From the NCBI GenBank assembly GCA_003707115.1, contig PPNB01000002.1, forward strand, positions 558,001 to 622,000: DNA of 64,000 bases, given 5' to 3'. The notes under the pieces were generated by a model. That model had not been told where the DNA came from and ran no database searches. It worked only from the letters and a program-made list of their open reading frames with translations. Shown here piece by piece: positions 1-10,928 of this stretch. Within the stretch, counting starts at the first letter, position 1, and every line of letters starts with the position of its first letter. The DNA is from Tortispora ganteri. Its lineage: Eukaryota. Made by a program: the position numbers and the translations under genes.

Positions 1-615
1 TTATGAGATCGTACATCTTTATTGGCATAATGGGTTTTCCTTGAGCATCAGCAACATACTTAAAAGGCATCTCCACCGTCTCCCGCTTATTGATATGTAT
101 TTCAGGGTATGTCACATACGGGATTTTATCTAGCGGTGTACCTTCTAGCACGAGCTTTGTGACTCGCACAGCTGTGTCCGTAGTCATCTGGATATCACCT
201 AACCGTCTACCTGCGAATCCGTACTTCCTCAACTCGCCAGTCCTGTCCTGAGGAGGATCATCTCCTGTGTGTGAAAGTTAGTTAGAATGTTTGTAATAAC
301 GCATTATATTGAGAACTTACCTAAGATGCCGCCAAACAGCAGCCATTCAAATTGTTCAGCATCTTCTGGAGATAGATCTATTTCTGCTTTAGGGTCTAAT
401 AAACATACTTTGACCGGATCAATGCCTTCAATGCTTCGAACATCTTTGGTAGTGCGCTGAATGTCTTCGAGCTCTTCAGGGAACAGATCTATGGTCTCCT
501 GTGGAACTGAAGTCAACATGAAGTTCTCTTTACCAACTAAATTGCTGATCTCTTTGTATTCCAACTTGACCCAGTCCGATACGCCAGCCTCTAAATGCTC
601 AATAACCACTTTCAT
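1..615 (-). CDS. SFM1: SPOUT-family protein arginine methyltransferase (Sfm1-like); 2 exons (615-321, 264-<1), 56-nt intron 320-265; 3' end runs off the window
   Basis: N-terminus VIEHLE..W..LEY. The GTAAGT...CTAAC...CAG intron joins FGGILG to DDPPQDRTGELR..RRLG..QMTTDTAV..YPE..E.VEMPF, the typical Sfm1 motifs. Confidence 0.88.
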
Positions 616-1015
616 GGCGGGGTGTAGCTAGTGAAAAAAGGTATTTGCAAAAGTCAATTAGAGTTTTTACCAGATCAAAATGATATTTCTTTATATACGC
701 CTATTAAGACCCATATAAATACCAAGAATGTAACTATATAAATACATATTGTACTCTTTTCTAGAGGTATTATATGGGTAGTGATATTTTGTGGATAGCG
801 ACATCTGTTTTCATGTACCATTAAAGGAAAAAGCAGGTGCAAGTGTACACTCATATAAGTGAATTTCCCGAATTGGATTCTTGTCCGGATTAACGCGTAT
901 ACAGACTATAATGCGGCAAGTAGACCACGGCTTACATGATGATATAATCATATACTATAATAAGACAACCAAAATTAACAATGCGATATTATATTTGGAA
1001 CTAGACACAAATAAA

Positions 1016-2239
1016 TTAATCAGAAGCTACTGCAAACATCAAAGTAGCACCTGCAAACATTGCGAGAATTTGAACTAACATTCTTTTCAACTCAGTCTGC
1101 GGAGGGTCACCTTTCTGCAGCTCCAGGAGTTCAGGGACCGCACCCACTGTTCCAATATATAGGAATGTGCCGGCAGTGAATGGTAGAACGAGATCTGATG
1201 CCGAAAGCCCTGTTCCAAACAGTCCGATGCTGTTCAATGAAGAGACAGACGGGTCTGCGCCAATGAAACTTTGAATTGCAATTCCTATGAGTGTTCCGAG
1301 GAATGCGCCAAGTGCCGTTATGAACTGGGCACCCATTGCCTGGAACTTAGTCATTCCACCAGAGATCAGGAGGGCAAAGTCGCCGACCTCGTGTGGGATC
1401 TCGTGAAAGAATACAGCCATTGTGGTAACAGAACCGACGCTAGTCGAGATATAGAAGGAGGCAGCGATCGCCAGACCGTCAGTGATATTGTGAGTAAAGT
1501 CTGCAGCCATATTGAGGTATGCAGAAGGTCTAATTACGGGGAGCGGCTCGGGTGCCTTTTCAGCTTTTTTATGTGCGGAACGTAGAGATCTTTTTCGTGG
1601 TGTTTCGAGCTCCTGTCTCGCAGAGGAGACAGCCGAGTCAGACTCGAGGTGCGAGTGCGAGTGCGAGTGCGAGTGCGAATGCGAATGCGAGTGGTCGTGC
1701 GCGTGGTCGTGGCCGCCGGAGGTCAGAATTCTAAGAAGTTTGTCAAGGAAGACGAAGAGCGCGAAACCAAAGAAGATGGCAGCGCCGAGGACGAGATTAC
1801 GCTTCTCATAGACCAAAACAAAGCGAACAGAGTCGTGGTCACCTTCACCAAGGAAAGTTTGCGGGAGCAGGTGGAAGAACACGTCACCGAGAAGGCCGCC
1901 AATTGCGAAGGAGACGAGCGTTGATAGACTGGCTGGGTTAATATCTTTAGGAATGAACATAAGAATGAGGTTAGGAGGTCCTGAAATATACGCTGTAGCA
2001 AGCAGCGCATTGCCGGCACTGCCGAGCGGGAAGAGGAAGTCCATGGCGCGGTCGAATCCATTAGAGACCGAGTGGTGAGCATGAATATTAGCGAAACTGG
2101 ATTGCAAGCTCTTAACGACATCGGAGTCATGGACCGCATCGTTTATGGCATTAAAATAAACATTGCCGGACTTGTCAAAAAAATCTATACAAAAAACACA
2201 CAAGGAATAACAAATTACTGCTGCAAGTATTTTATTCAT
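1016..2239 (-). CDS. YKE4: ZIP7/KE4-type ER zinc transporter
   Basis: SFAIGGLLGDVFFHLLP, His-rich loop, HNITDGLAIAASF and HEIPHEVGDF motifs; signal-peptide-like N-terminus. Confidence 0.9.
   Translation of the reverse strand: MNKILAAVICYSLCVFCIDFFDKSGNVYFNAINDAVHDSDVVKSLQSSFANIHAHHSVSNGFDRAMDFLFPLGSAGNALLATAYISGPPNLILMFIPKDINPASLSTLVSFAIGGLLGDVFFHLLPQTFLGEGDHDSVRFVLVYEKRNLVLGAAIFFGFALFVFLDKLLRILTSGGHDHAHDHSHSHSHSHSHSHSHLESDSAVSSARQELETPRKRSLRSAHKKAEKAPEPLPVIRPSAYLNMAADFTHNITDGLAIAASFYISTSVGSVTTMAVFFHEIPHEVGDFALLISGGMTKFQAMGAQFITALGAFLGTLIGIAIQSFIGADPSVSSLNSIGLFGTGLSASDLVLPFTAGTFLYIGTVGAVPELLELQKGDPPQTELKRMLVQILAMFAGATLMFAVASD
1647..1692 (-). repeat. (CACTCG/CATTCG)n hexamer repeat encoding the (His-Ser)n loop of the zinc transporter
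   Basis: gtgcgagtgcgagtgcga... on the + strand; translates to HSHSHSHS in YKE4. Confidence 0.9.
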
Positions 2240-2330
2240 TGTTGTTGTTGTTGTTGTCTATATCTCAGTTCACAGTAAAAACCTTGAACCCCACAACCCC
2301 CTTTTTCTTGTTCTAACTACACTACCACTA

Positions 2331-5309
2331 ATGGACTTTTTTGGCCTTTTACCGCAGCCAAAACCCCAATCTGCCTCTGAAACAATTAGTAAGTTATGCG
2401 ACAGACTGTCACATGCGACACATCTTGAAGACAGGCGTGCAGCCGTCTTGGGTTTGAAGGGGTTCAGTAGAGAATATAGAGAATCCGTCATTGCTGGTGG
2501 TGTCAAGCCGCTCATAATGGAACTCCACCGCGACACTGAGGACCTCGACACTGCAGTTCTTGTTCTTGAAACGCTATCTATACTATTAGAACCTGCATCC
2601 CTTGATAAGGCCGCTGAAGACCCAGATTACCTCGTCTTATGGCTCGCTGACGAACTCACACAGAAACAAGACAACATGGATCTCTTGATTGACCTGCTTC
2701 AATCCGATGACTTCTTTATTCGCCTTTACGTTCTGCAGCTTATACGTTCTGCGCTACTCTACCGCGTTGAACGCACTCAGCAATGCATCCTCGCCTCCCC
2801 ACTCGCCATATCCCGTCTTGTCTCACTTCTCGACGACCCGCGCGAGGCTATACGCAACGAGGTCGCCATCCTTCTCGTCCTCCTTGTTGATTCTCACGCA
2901 GATATACAGAAACTTGTCGCATTTGAAAATGCTTTCCCTAAAATCTTTGACCTTCTTGACTCAGAGGACGGCGTCTTAGGTGGTCCTGTAGTCTACGACT
3001 ACTTCCATCTCCTTTACAGCCTCCTCAAATTCAACATTTCGAACCAGAATTATTTCCGTGAGACAAACTGCATTACAAGAATAAACAATCTTATAGTGAT
3101 TCCAGAACCAGACGAGTCAGACCCCAACGCATCCCCCTGGGACCCACAAACTACCGACAACATGGTGATCCTTCTGGACATATGCAGGCTATTCCTCATA
3201 CCTGACCAGTCCTCTACCAATGTCAACCAAACTGCCTTCATTCAAAGCGGAATACTCCTCTCTATCCTCCGTCTCACATTCGCTCCCTCCAGCAATATCA
3301 AAATTAGAATAAACTCCCTCCTCACAGCTGCAGACCTTATAAGGGCAGCACCAGAAATACAAGACAAAATAAACAGAATCGACGTGCCTCTGCTGGAAAT
3401 ATCAAATTCAGCAGAACAGGGCCGAACATCACCCCATCCTGATACTCTCATATCCGTTACACAGGCACTGATAAACTGGGTAGTGCAACCAGCTTCTGTA
3501 CACGTGTTCGACCTTAGAATGGCCGCCTTCACCTGTCTAGACGCATATTTGTATGACAACTACGACGCAAAAACTGCTTTTCTCGATTCAGTTATCTCAG
3601 TGTACAACAAAAACGACACTGAAAATAAGATCAAAACTACCGATGTCCTGTCGGTGATACTGAACTATACCAACGAAGACCGCAAATCAGATCCGTACAG
3701 TGCGTGGTTTGCCTGCGTGCTCATGCTGCATATTCTTGACAACGAAAATGATTTGAAAAGTAAACTTGCACGAATTACGAGCGGGAATGCCGATGCTGGG
3801 GAAGAAGTGGTTACTGCCGTACAAATGACAATTGCCAACCTTATAACTGCTATTGAAACAAACCAAAACTCTCGCATACCTGTCGCTTATCTGATGCTTC
3901 TTCAGATATGGATATTTGAAGAGCAGGACTTGGTGAACGAGATCCTCGATGATAAGGCTAATGTGTCTGCCCTGATTGCCGCAGCTGCAGATTCCTCTAC
4001 CTGTATACCAGCCATTAAGAGCATGTGCTCGTCTCTTTTGTGCGTGTTGTACGGATTTTCTGGAAAATCATCTGCAATACCGAGGAAGGAACTCATGCAG
4101 ATGATCTCTAGCCGCATTCCTCGAGACCAGCTGGTTCTGTCTCTACAAAGGCTGAGAGATGATCCTAATATAAAAGAATTCGAAACAATACCTATATTCG
4201 AGGCACCTAAAGACGCGACCGGACTTCCTGAAGTCTATTTTGATCGTCTATTTGTTGATTTCTTCAAGGACGTGTTTTTTCAGATTTACAAGGCCATAGA
4301 CGAAGATCCAGAGTCTGAGCCGGTCATATACGGCCGAAGGCTCCCTGGCGGCAACAGGCTCACGCAAGTGCTGGACACGATGAACACCACTATAAAAGCT
4401 AAAGATGACCTTATTGCCGAACTTCAGCAGACAATTGTGGAGAAAGATACTGCTGCCGAGAATACCAAGAAACTTTTTGACGACCAAATAGACCAACTGC
4501 GCAAACAGATTACAGACCTGCAAGCTGAAAAGTCAGAAGTGCAAGGCAAGTTTGAAAAACTACAAAAAGACACCAGTTCTGCCACGGAAACAATTCAAGC
4601 GTCTCAGCGTGAGTCAGAGGCTAAGAGCGATCAGATCAAGATGTTGAATGAGACTATTGAAAAACTAAGAGCTGAGGTCACTGAAAACCAGAAGACAATT
4701 TCTGAACTTACACAGAATGTTGCAGATTTAGAAAAGAAGATGGAAACTGAACGAGTTAAATCCGAGCAGGAACTTGCCAATGCTATTGATCATGAAAAGC
4801 AAGGTATCGAGCTGCTAAAACTGGAACTGAGTGCCAATAGGAAAAAGGCCAAAGACCGTGAAGCCTTGCTAGAAGAGAGACAAAAACAAATACAGGATCT
4901 TATAGGTCAGGTTCAGCAGTTGACTGACGAGAAGACATCAATTACTGCACAGCTGGCGCAGAGCAAGGATACGAGTGCTAGTGACGCGAAACTCAATAAA
5001 CTTGCAAGTTACTTGCAAAGTATTGGAATTAGCGTGGAAATGGATGAAACGGTTATTGCTGCTCGTATTTCTGAGATACAGAGCCAATCGCAAACTATAA
5101 ATGAACTGCAATCCAAGGCTGAACTGTGTAATGGACAAAGCGGACACGAAAATGAACTTGAAGAGGCACAAGCGACTATTGAAAACATGCAAAATGAATT
5201 AGACAACTTGACGCTTCTTATAGCGTATGTTGATGAAAAGAATGAAAAATACAAAACTCTTTTAAAATCTCTTGGACAAGAAGTATCTGAAGATGAACAA
5301 GAGATGTAA
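2331..5309 (+). CDS. USO1: ER-Golgi tethering factor Uso1/p115
   Basis: ETISKLCDRLSHAT.LEDRRAAVLGLKGFSR, LDDPREAIRNE and DIQKLVAFENAF in the head domain; C-terminal coiled coil and acidic tail. Confidence 0.93.
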   Translation: MDFFGLLPQPKPQSASETISKLCDRLSHATHLEDRRAAVLGLKGFSREYRESVIAGGVKPLIMELHRDTEDLDTAVLVLETLSILLEPASLDKAAEDPDYLVLWLADELTQKQDNMDLLIDLLQSDDFFIRLYVLQLIRSALLYRVERTQQCILASPLAISRLVSLLDDPREAIRNEVAILLVLLVDSHADIQKLVAFENAFPKIFDLLDSEDGVLGGPVVYDYFHLLYSLLKFNISNQNYFRETNCITRINNLIVIPEPDESDPNASPWDPQTTDNMVILLDICRLFLIPDQSSTNVNQTAFIQSGILLSILRLTFAPSSNIKIRINSLLTAADLIRAAPEIQDKINRIDVPLLEISNSAEQGRTSPHPDTLISVTQALINWVVQPASVHVFDLRMAAFTCLDAYLYDNYDAKTAFLDSVISVYNKNDTENKIKTTDVLSVILNYTNEDRKSDPYSAWFACVLMLHILDNENDLKSKLARITSGNADAGEEVVTAVQMTIANLITAIETNQNSRIPVAYLMLLQIWIFEEQDLVNEILDDKANVSALIAAAADSSTCIPAIKSMCSSLLCVLYGFSGKSSAIPRKELMQMISSRIPRDQLVLSLQRLRDDPNIKEFETIPIFEAPKDATGLPEVYFDRLFVDFFKDVFFQIYKAIDEDPESEPVIYGRRLPGGNRLTQVLDTMNTTIKAKDDLIAELQQTIVEKDTAAENTKKLFDDQIDQLRKQITDLQAEKSEVQGKFEKLQKDTSSATETIQASQRESEAKSDQIKMLNETIEKLRAEVTENQKTISELTQNVADLEKKMETERVKSEQELANAIDHEKQGIELLKLELSANRKKAKDREALLEERQKQIQDLIGQVQQLTDEKTSITAQLAQSKDTSASDAKLNKLASYLQSIGISVEMDETVIAARISEIQSQSQTINELQSKAELCNGQSGHENELEEAQATIENMQNELDNLTLLIAYVDEKNEKYKTLLKSLGQEVSEDEQEM

Positions 5310-5391
5310 TTTATGATTATGAGGTGAATTATTACATAATTTTATTTTATTTTAAGAACCACCCATGTTATATTATGGATATCGGTTATTA

Positions 5392-7155
5392 TTACTCCAA
5401 AATAACCGTATCATGTGATTGCGTGTCTGAGAATGTTTCTTGATCTATTTTTGAAGAGACGATTTCAGAAGATCCTGAAGTTGTTGCAGCTCGATATTCA
5501 GCATTCATATCTGGAGAGTGTGTGCTGCCAGACTCTACAATATTAGTTTTGTAGTCGGAAAAAGGCGTGTTTTCTTCGTCTTTGGAGTGCGTGCTTACAG
5601 CTTCCTGGCCCCGGATGTCAGGATCAAGCGCGTGCATTGCAGCGTATTTGCTGGAAGCGCGAAGCCGTCGGCCGTATTTTTTAATGAAAAAAGGTGTAGG
5701 GAGAAGAAGTATAGCTGCGATTGCCGGCACAGTAGAGCCCCAGTGGACACCTAATCGTTCGTACATTACTGGGGTAAAAATGGGGAAGGCTCCAGCCATG
5801 ACACATCTCATGAAAGTATTTGCAGCAATAGCAGATGCTGCAGTAGTCGGATAGGCGTTGGTCAAGTAGGACATAATGCTCTGAAAGAAGCAAAACACTG
5901 AAAATCCGATAGTAGAGAACCCAATTACCGGGATGATCCAGGGAATGTTAGGGTAAGAGGTCCAGCCAAACCAGAAAAGCGAAATAGGAACAATAGGAGC
6001 GCCTAAACAAGCATGAAACATATATATCTCAGGCGGGACAGCTGCACCAAGTTTGGCCTGTTGGGGCAGGTACCGGTTATTTATCCACCAGACGTGAACG
6101 CACAGGCCAACACAGATGCCGATAAACAGACTAGTTACGGGAATTGTGGAGATTAGTTTGCTCCAATGGTAAGTGACTTGAAAGGAATAAGGGACTGCGG
6201 CAAAGCTTAAGAACATAAGGCTGTATACGAAAGCAAGGTATATGGAGAGGACTATAGCGATTGGTTCGCGTAGAAGCATTTCAAAAGGACGGACAAGGTA
6301 AATGGTAGCGAGTCGTTTGAGAGAAAGAACAGCAAGGTCTGAGGGTGCCATTATAGTCTGCGTAGGATGTCTTGCACGAAGGCGAGCGGATTTGTGGCGT
6401 AAAAGCTTCTCGTGAGATGTTTCTGGCAGGAATAAAATTATGACTAACAAAACTATGAGGGATATAATGAGAATAATCCAGACTGACCATCGCCATGTTC
6501 CTGCTTTGACTATAGCTGAGCCGACTAGAGGGCCAGCAGCTGGTCCAACAGCGGACAAGGAGCCCCATATACCTAGTGAGTAAGCCAAAGCTGGACCTCT
6601 ATACATATCACCGAGTGTAGCACCTGCAACTGAGAGCATAGGACTGAGACACAAAGCTGAAACAAATCGTAAAACGAGGAGTGTTTGTATATTATGAGAC
6701 AACGCCAAAGGAACTTGCAAAATAGCAAAGATTGCAAGAAGCGGTATGTATACGCCGTTTCTGCCTATTGAGGGTACTTCGGACATGGGACCCGCGATCA
6801 TGGGACCCAATCCATAGCCAAAAAGCGCGAGTGATACCGAGAGCGACGAGACGTATGTATTCACATGGAACGCATCTTGAATGTAGGAGAGAACACCTGT
6901 AAGTGCCGAGGTATTGAAAGCACAAACGAATGTTGAAACACTGATTATGATAGTTACATAGATCTTGTATCGTTTAGCCCAGTTTCTTGGGAATTCTGGA
7001 TCAGTGTCGGTCCATTCTAGGATTCCATCAGGAGTAATATAAGTATGCGAATCTTCAATTGATATTTCGGGATATTTTAGTAGCTTTCCTTTAGATATCG
7101 AACGTATGCAATGAGCAACAAATGTGTAGTTCAGCGCGGGATTAAATTCCTTCAT
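5392..7155 (-). CDS. MFS drug:H+ antiporter, DHA1 family (Flr1/Mdr1-like)
   Basis: DPEFPRNW, GPMIAGPMSEVPSIGR, WRW, LPET, RPFEMLLREPI, ASAIAANTFMR; N-terminal LLKYPE typical of the Flr1/Mdr1 subgroup; about 12 hydrophobic segments. Confidence 0.88.
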   Translation of the reverse strand: MKEFNPALNYTFVAHCIRSISKGKLLKYPEISIEDSHTYITPDGILEWTDTDPEFPRNWAKRYKIYVTIIISVSTFVCAFNTSALTGVLSYIQDAFHVNTYVSSLSVSLALFGYGLGPMIAGPMSEVPSIGRNGVYIPLLAIFAILQVPLALSHNIQTLLVLRFVSALCLSPMLSVAGATLGDMYRGPALAYSLGIWGSLSAVGPAAGPLVGSAIVKAGTWRWSVWIILIISLIVLLVIILFLPETSHEKLLRHKSARLRARHPTQTIMAPSDLAVLSLKRLATIYLVRPFEMLLREPIAIVLSIYLAFVYSLMFLSFAAVPYSFQVTYHWSKLISTIPVTSLFIGICVGLCVHVWWINNRYLPQQAKLGAAVPPEIYMFHACLGAPIVPISLFWFGWTSYPNIPWIIPVIGFSTIGFSVFCFFQSIMSYLTNAYPTTAASAIAANTFMRCVMAGAFPIFTPVMYERLGVHWGSTVPAIAAILLLPTPFFIKKYGRRLRASSKYAAMHALDPDIRGQEAVSTHSKDEENTPFSDYKTNIVESGSTHSPDMNAEYRAATTSGSSEIVSSKIDQETFSDTQSHDTVILE

Positions 7156-7371
7156 GATTTTCTGTAAAGAGGGGTATACAAAGTTTCAGGGGGTATTGAA
7201 TCAGAGTTGAGTTGCAGGAACAGTGATAATAGTCGAATATATGTGAAATAAAGTACCAAAAAGTGAAATAGTAAGATAAATTGAGCTGAAAAAGAATCAA
7301 ATTACTATCTCATGTACTTTATAAGTCGAATGTAGATATCAAAAAAAAAAGTTTTTATCCCCGCAAAAGTG

Positions 7372-7410
7372 CGATATTAAAGTTCGCGGACGTTCGATAT
7401 TAAGGTTCGC
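7372..7410. promoter_or_regulatory. 16-bp direct repeat CGATATTAA(A/G)GTTCGC x2 upstream of the DHA1 transporter
   Basis: Copies at 7372-7387 and 7395-7410 with one mismatch, about 220-255 bp upstream of the ATG; regulatory role inferred. Confidence 0.45.
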
Positions 7411-7718
7411 AACCTTTAGCCGTCGGTCTCGGCAGTGCGTATTGATGAATTAAATGCGTAAAAATGACACATTAAGCCAAGACTTGTTTAGATTTTAAGC
7501 AAGCATATTCCATAGAAATTGGTCTTAATTCCGTTGTGTAATTAATTTTCATAGGAATTGTGACCCACTGTTGAATATAGCGTCTTCATGATTGAGAGCT
7601 AAGATAGTGGGGAAGGATGGGGTAATGACTCTTAAATAGAGTTGTTCTCCCACCATCGGATACCCATACAAATGAACCAATCCAATATAGTATAGACCAG
7701 ACTTTCAAGTATTGATAA

Positions 7719-9023
7719 TTAAAGTAATTGTGAGGCAATTAACCAGAATTCATTGACATTATTTCGGTCAAGAACTTCTTTAAGTTCTATACGATCCCGT
7801 GGCACACGTGTCACCCACTGAGGGAATGTCCGCTGTTTGATCTGTCCTTCCCATACCAATTGACAATTTCCAGAGCTGTCGCTATTGTCATTACTACTCG
7901 ATTCTGATTGATTAGAAAGCTCATCGTCTTCTTTAGAATCGTCTGCCCATTTTATCCGGTGCAGCATTAGCCGTTTATAGAACCTCATAGATTTGGGATC
8001 TCCCTCGGCCACAACAAGACTCATATCATCGTATATAATCACCAGTCCAGTCATGTACCGCTGTTTTGCATTCATAGTTACCTTGTACTGATTCTTATGG
8101 CTAGAAAAATCGCGGATAACATAAACTGAACATATAGTTTCTTTTTCGGCATCCCTAATAATCTTCTCCTTCTCCTTATTACGACGCTCTTCATGTGACA
8201 GCATCCGCGCATGGTTCTCTTCCTCGTGTTTCTTGCGTCGCGCCTCTACTTCTCGTCTGACACGCGCCTCCACCTCTGTGGGATCTCTGATCGCTTCGCT
8301 CGTCAGTACGTTCATCAGGTTGCTCAATTTAACTTTGGGTGGTGGCGGCGGATCTAGCCCCAGCCTGATACGGTCTTGTTGTTCCTGATGTTTCTCGGCG
8401 CGCATCTGACGTGTAAGCCGTTTTTGTTCTTTCTCAGTAAGTGGCATAGGTTTGATCTCCAAATATTTTTCCCATGGCGCAGGGATCGGCACAGGATGCA
8501 ACACTAGCCCCGTGACCGGTCCTCCCGGGTCCTTCAGTATTTGATCCATGCGCGCTATTGCGTCCTCATAGTTCGCAGTATTATAAAACTCTTTATCCCA
8601 CCATTCAATTACAGGTGGTGTTGCCGGTAAAACTAGTTTAAACACGGGGTTCAAATCCTCTCGGGCTTTCTTCTCGAGGATGTTCCTATCAATTTTTTGT
8701 TTCAATTCAGCAAGTTTTTGTTTCTTATTTAGCGCCTCCATCTCTTTCACATACTTACCCGGCTCGTTAAACTTCAGTGGCCGTATAGGCCGAGTAATAA
8801 CTGACGGGTCAAAGTATGGATTATCATTTGGCGGGTTTGGTGCTGTTTTTGCCTGCGCTTGTACCAACCGTGCCTTCGACTGACGGATCCGTTCAAGTAA
8901 ATTGGCCGGTACTGCAGGGGCAACATTCCGAGTAGCCTCAAAATCTTGTACAGAATCAGGTTTTATACGTTTACGATTATTGTTTGCATCCAACGACGAC
9001 GCGTTTGGACGCTTCAGCGTCAT
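7719..9023 (-). CDS. PRP3: U4/U6 snRNP protein Prp3
   Basis: NPYFDP, IEWWD, LTEKEQKRLTRQ, IRLGLDPPPPPKVKLSNLMNVL, YKRLMLHRIKW, CQLVWEG. Confidence 0.93.
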   Translation of the reverse strand: MTLKRPNASSLDANNNRKRIKPDSVQDFEATRNVAPAVPANLLERIRQSKARLVQAQAKTAPNPPNDNPYFDPSVITRPIRPLKFNEPGKYVKEMEALNKKQKLAELKQKIDRNILEKKAREDLNPVFKLVLPATPPVIEWWDKEFYNTANYEDAIARMDQILKDPGGPVTGLVLHPVPIPAPWEKYLEIKPMPLTEKEQKRLTRQMRAEKHQEQQDRIRLGLDPPPPPKVKLSNLMNVLTSEAIRDPTEVEARVRREVEARRKKHEEENHARMLSHEERRNKEKEKIIRDAEKETICSVYVIRDFSSHKNQYKVTMNAKQRYMTGLVIIYDDMSLVVAEGDPKSMRFYKRLMLHRIKWADDSKEDDELSNQSESSSNDNSDSSGNCQLVWEGQIKQRTFPQWVTRVPRDRIELKEVLDRNNVNEFWLIASQLL

Positions 9024-9137
9024 TGTGGTGATGAGGGAGGGAGGTTGTCAGTGGTGTAGCTGGGAGCATAGACAGTATTATATAGTACACAAGGGGACAG
9101 AACCGCTCGGTAAAATGCGTGCTAGAACAAAAAAAAA

Positions 9138-10928
9138 CTAGAACTGTATCAGCTGGAGAATATCCTCGGGAATATCTACCTGCATTCCTGAATCCATTGA
9201 GGGAGACGCCGCTTGTCCACTGGCGCTCGCGTTCAGCATCGGGCCCGTGTTAGTAAACATGCCCACGTCGTTCTGCGGTTTTATTGGTCCAAGTTCGCCA
9301 GTATTAAGAACATTAGATCCAAAATTAGGGTCAAATAAATTTGAAGTGACACTCGTATTGTTCGGTTGAACACCAAATGTACTTAGTGACCGCTGTTGCT
9401 GCAGTGGTTGAGATTGTTGCTGTTGTTGGCGCATTTCTCTCTGTTGAATTTGTCTTTGTTGCATTTGTCTTTGTTGCATCTGTTGCATATAGTTGGCCAC
9501 CGCGCTAGGATCCTGCCCTTCGCGCGAAAATTGATCGCGGTTGTTTCCTGCTTGACTAGCGTTAAACGTAGATCTCGGCAGCAAAGGTTTTGGGCCTGAC
9601 TGAGACATTTGCATCTGGTCTAATGTGAGCTGATTCTGATTTGGTTGTTGTGATGACGAGCGAAACCGTTGCATTTGTCGTAATTGGTTCTGCAACATAT
9701 CCACTTGGCTTGCAGCCGGGTCCATCTGTTTGCTATGATCTTGCGGTCCATCTATCCTCATATCATTTGGCTGTTTGTTCATGGTCCGCGGCATGCCGGT
9801 TGCACTAAACTTTCCTTGCAGATCACCCTGAGTCAGTGGAAACCCCTGAATGTTCTGTGGAAGCATTTGCTGGTCTTGGTCAAACATCATAGATTGCTGT
9901 GAGACATCTCTTAACATATTTCCTTGAGACACATAACCTTGCGGGTTCTGCTGATTAGTACGAGTTCCAGAGTATTGGTCGACCATTATTTTCGGTATCC
10001 CGGAATCTGTATTCACAGGCAATACGTTCATTTGCTGAGTATATTTAGGATCAATTTTTGCCTGGAACTGTGTCGATCCAGCCATATTTTTGTTGGCAGA
10101 TTTTGGCGGCCGTCCAGGCTTTGCTTTCCTAGCCACAGGTGCAGGTGATGAAGCAGGCGGTTGTTGAAGGTTGAATTGATTTCCTTTCATGTCCATGTTC
10201 ATGTTATTCATGTTCACATTGTTTGCGCCTATGTTCATGTTATTCAAGTTCACATTGTTTGCACCTATATTCATATTGCCCATATTCATGTTGTTCATGT
10301 TCATATTGCCTATATTCATATTGTTCATGTTCATATTGTCCATATTCAAATTGTCCATAGTCATATTGCCCATATTGTTCGTATTCACGCCCACACGATT
10401 CATATTGTTCACGTTCACATTATTAGTACCCATGTTGTTCATATTATTCATGTTATTCATATTGAAACCATTCATGTTCATGTTAGCGGCGTTCGTGCCA
10501 AGTTTCAGGCCTTGAGTGAACCCGGGTTGCGATAACGGTTCCTTCCTAGCGACTGGTCGCGGCGGGATATTCATTCTGTAAGGCATCTTTGCCGTTGGAT
10601 CAAAATCATATGGTAAAATTCCAATGTTCTGGAAGATTCGAATGAGCTTCGCATAGCAAGGTATCAGCGACGGTACCTCAGGAGGAGCTGTGAGAATGCG
10701 CGGAGGATTGATAGGTGGTTTGTTTACATTTTCTGTAGATTTTCTTGGGAAATCGCTAGAAAGACCGGCAATAAATGACAAGTTCGCTTCTAATCGAGCC
10801 ATACAGCTGGCGAAAGTCGGATCAACGATCTTTTCGGGGAAATTGCATCGATCGTATCCGTAAGTTGCTTCTCGCAGCAGCACGCCGTTGATGCCTAAAA
10901 TAAGTTGAACAGCCGCCTTTTCATCCAT
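9138..10928 (-). CDS. Low-complexity N/M/Q-rich protein with a putative N-terminal SSXT/SNH (SS18/Snf11-like) domain
   Basis: 596-aa ORF. N-terminal VQLILGINGVLL...CMARLEANLSFIA..S...PP.ILTAPP...YAKL..IF pattern, followed by Met-Asn repeats and Q-rich tracts. Confidence 0.6.
   Translation of the reverse strand: MDEKAAVQLILGINGVLLREATYGYDRCNFPEKIVDPTFASCMARLEANLSFIAGLSSDFPRKSTENVNKPPINPPRILTAPPEVPSLIPCYAKLIRIFQNIGILPYDFDPTAKMPYRMNIPPRPVARKEPLSQPGFTQGLKLGTNAANMNMNGFNMNNMNNMNNMGTNNVNVNNMNRVGVNTNNMGNMTMDNLNMDNMNMNNMNIGNMNMNNMNMGNMNIGANNVNLNNMNIGANNVNMNNMNMDMKGNQFNLQQPPASSPAPVARKAKPGRPPKSANKNMAGSTQFQAKIDPKYTQQMNVLPVNTDSGIPKIMVDQYSGTRTNQQNPQGYVSQGNMLRDVSQQSMMFDQDQQMLPQNIQGFPLTQGDLQGKFSATGMPRTMNKQPNDMRIDGPQDHSKQMDPAASQVDMLQNQLRQMQRFRSSSQQPNQNQLTLDQMQMSQSGPKPLLPRSTFNASQAGNNRDQFSREGQDPSAVANYMQQMQQRQMQQRQIQQREMRQQQQQSQPLQQQRSLSTFGVQPNNTSVTSNLFDPNFGSNVLNTGELGPIKPQNDVGMFTNTGPMLNASASGQAASPSMDSGMQVDIPEDILQLIQF
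10180..10490 (-). repeat. Degenerate coding minisatellite encoding (Asn-Asn-Met)-rich repeats
   Basis: Recurrent gttcat/attcat units on the + strand; protein reads NMNNMNMGNMNIGANNVN... Confidence 0.85.

Noticed and set aside
1271..1924. Plus-strand ORFs with CECECE, RVRVRV and ASASAS runs
   Set aside because: Antisense shadows of the His-Ser hexamer repeat in YKE4.
10161..10535. Hydrophobic MFMLF-repeat and HVHI-repeat ORFs
   Set aside because: Antisense readings of the Asn-Met coding repeat.
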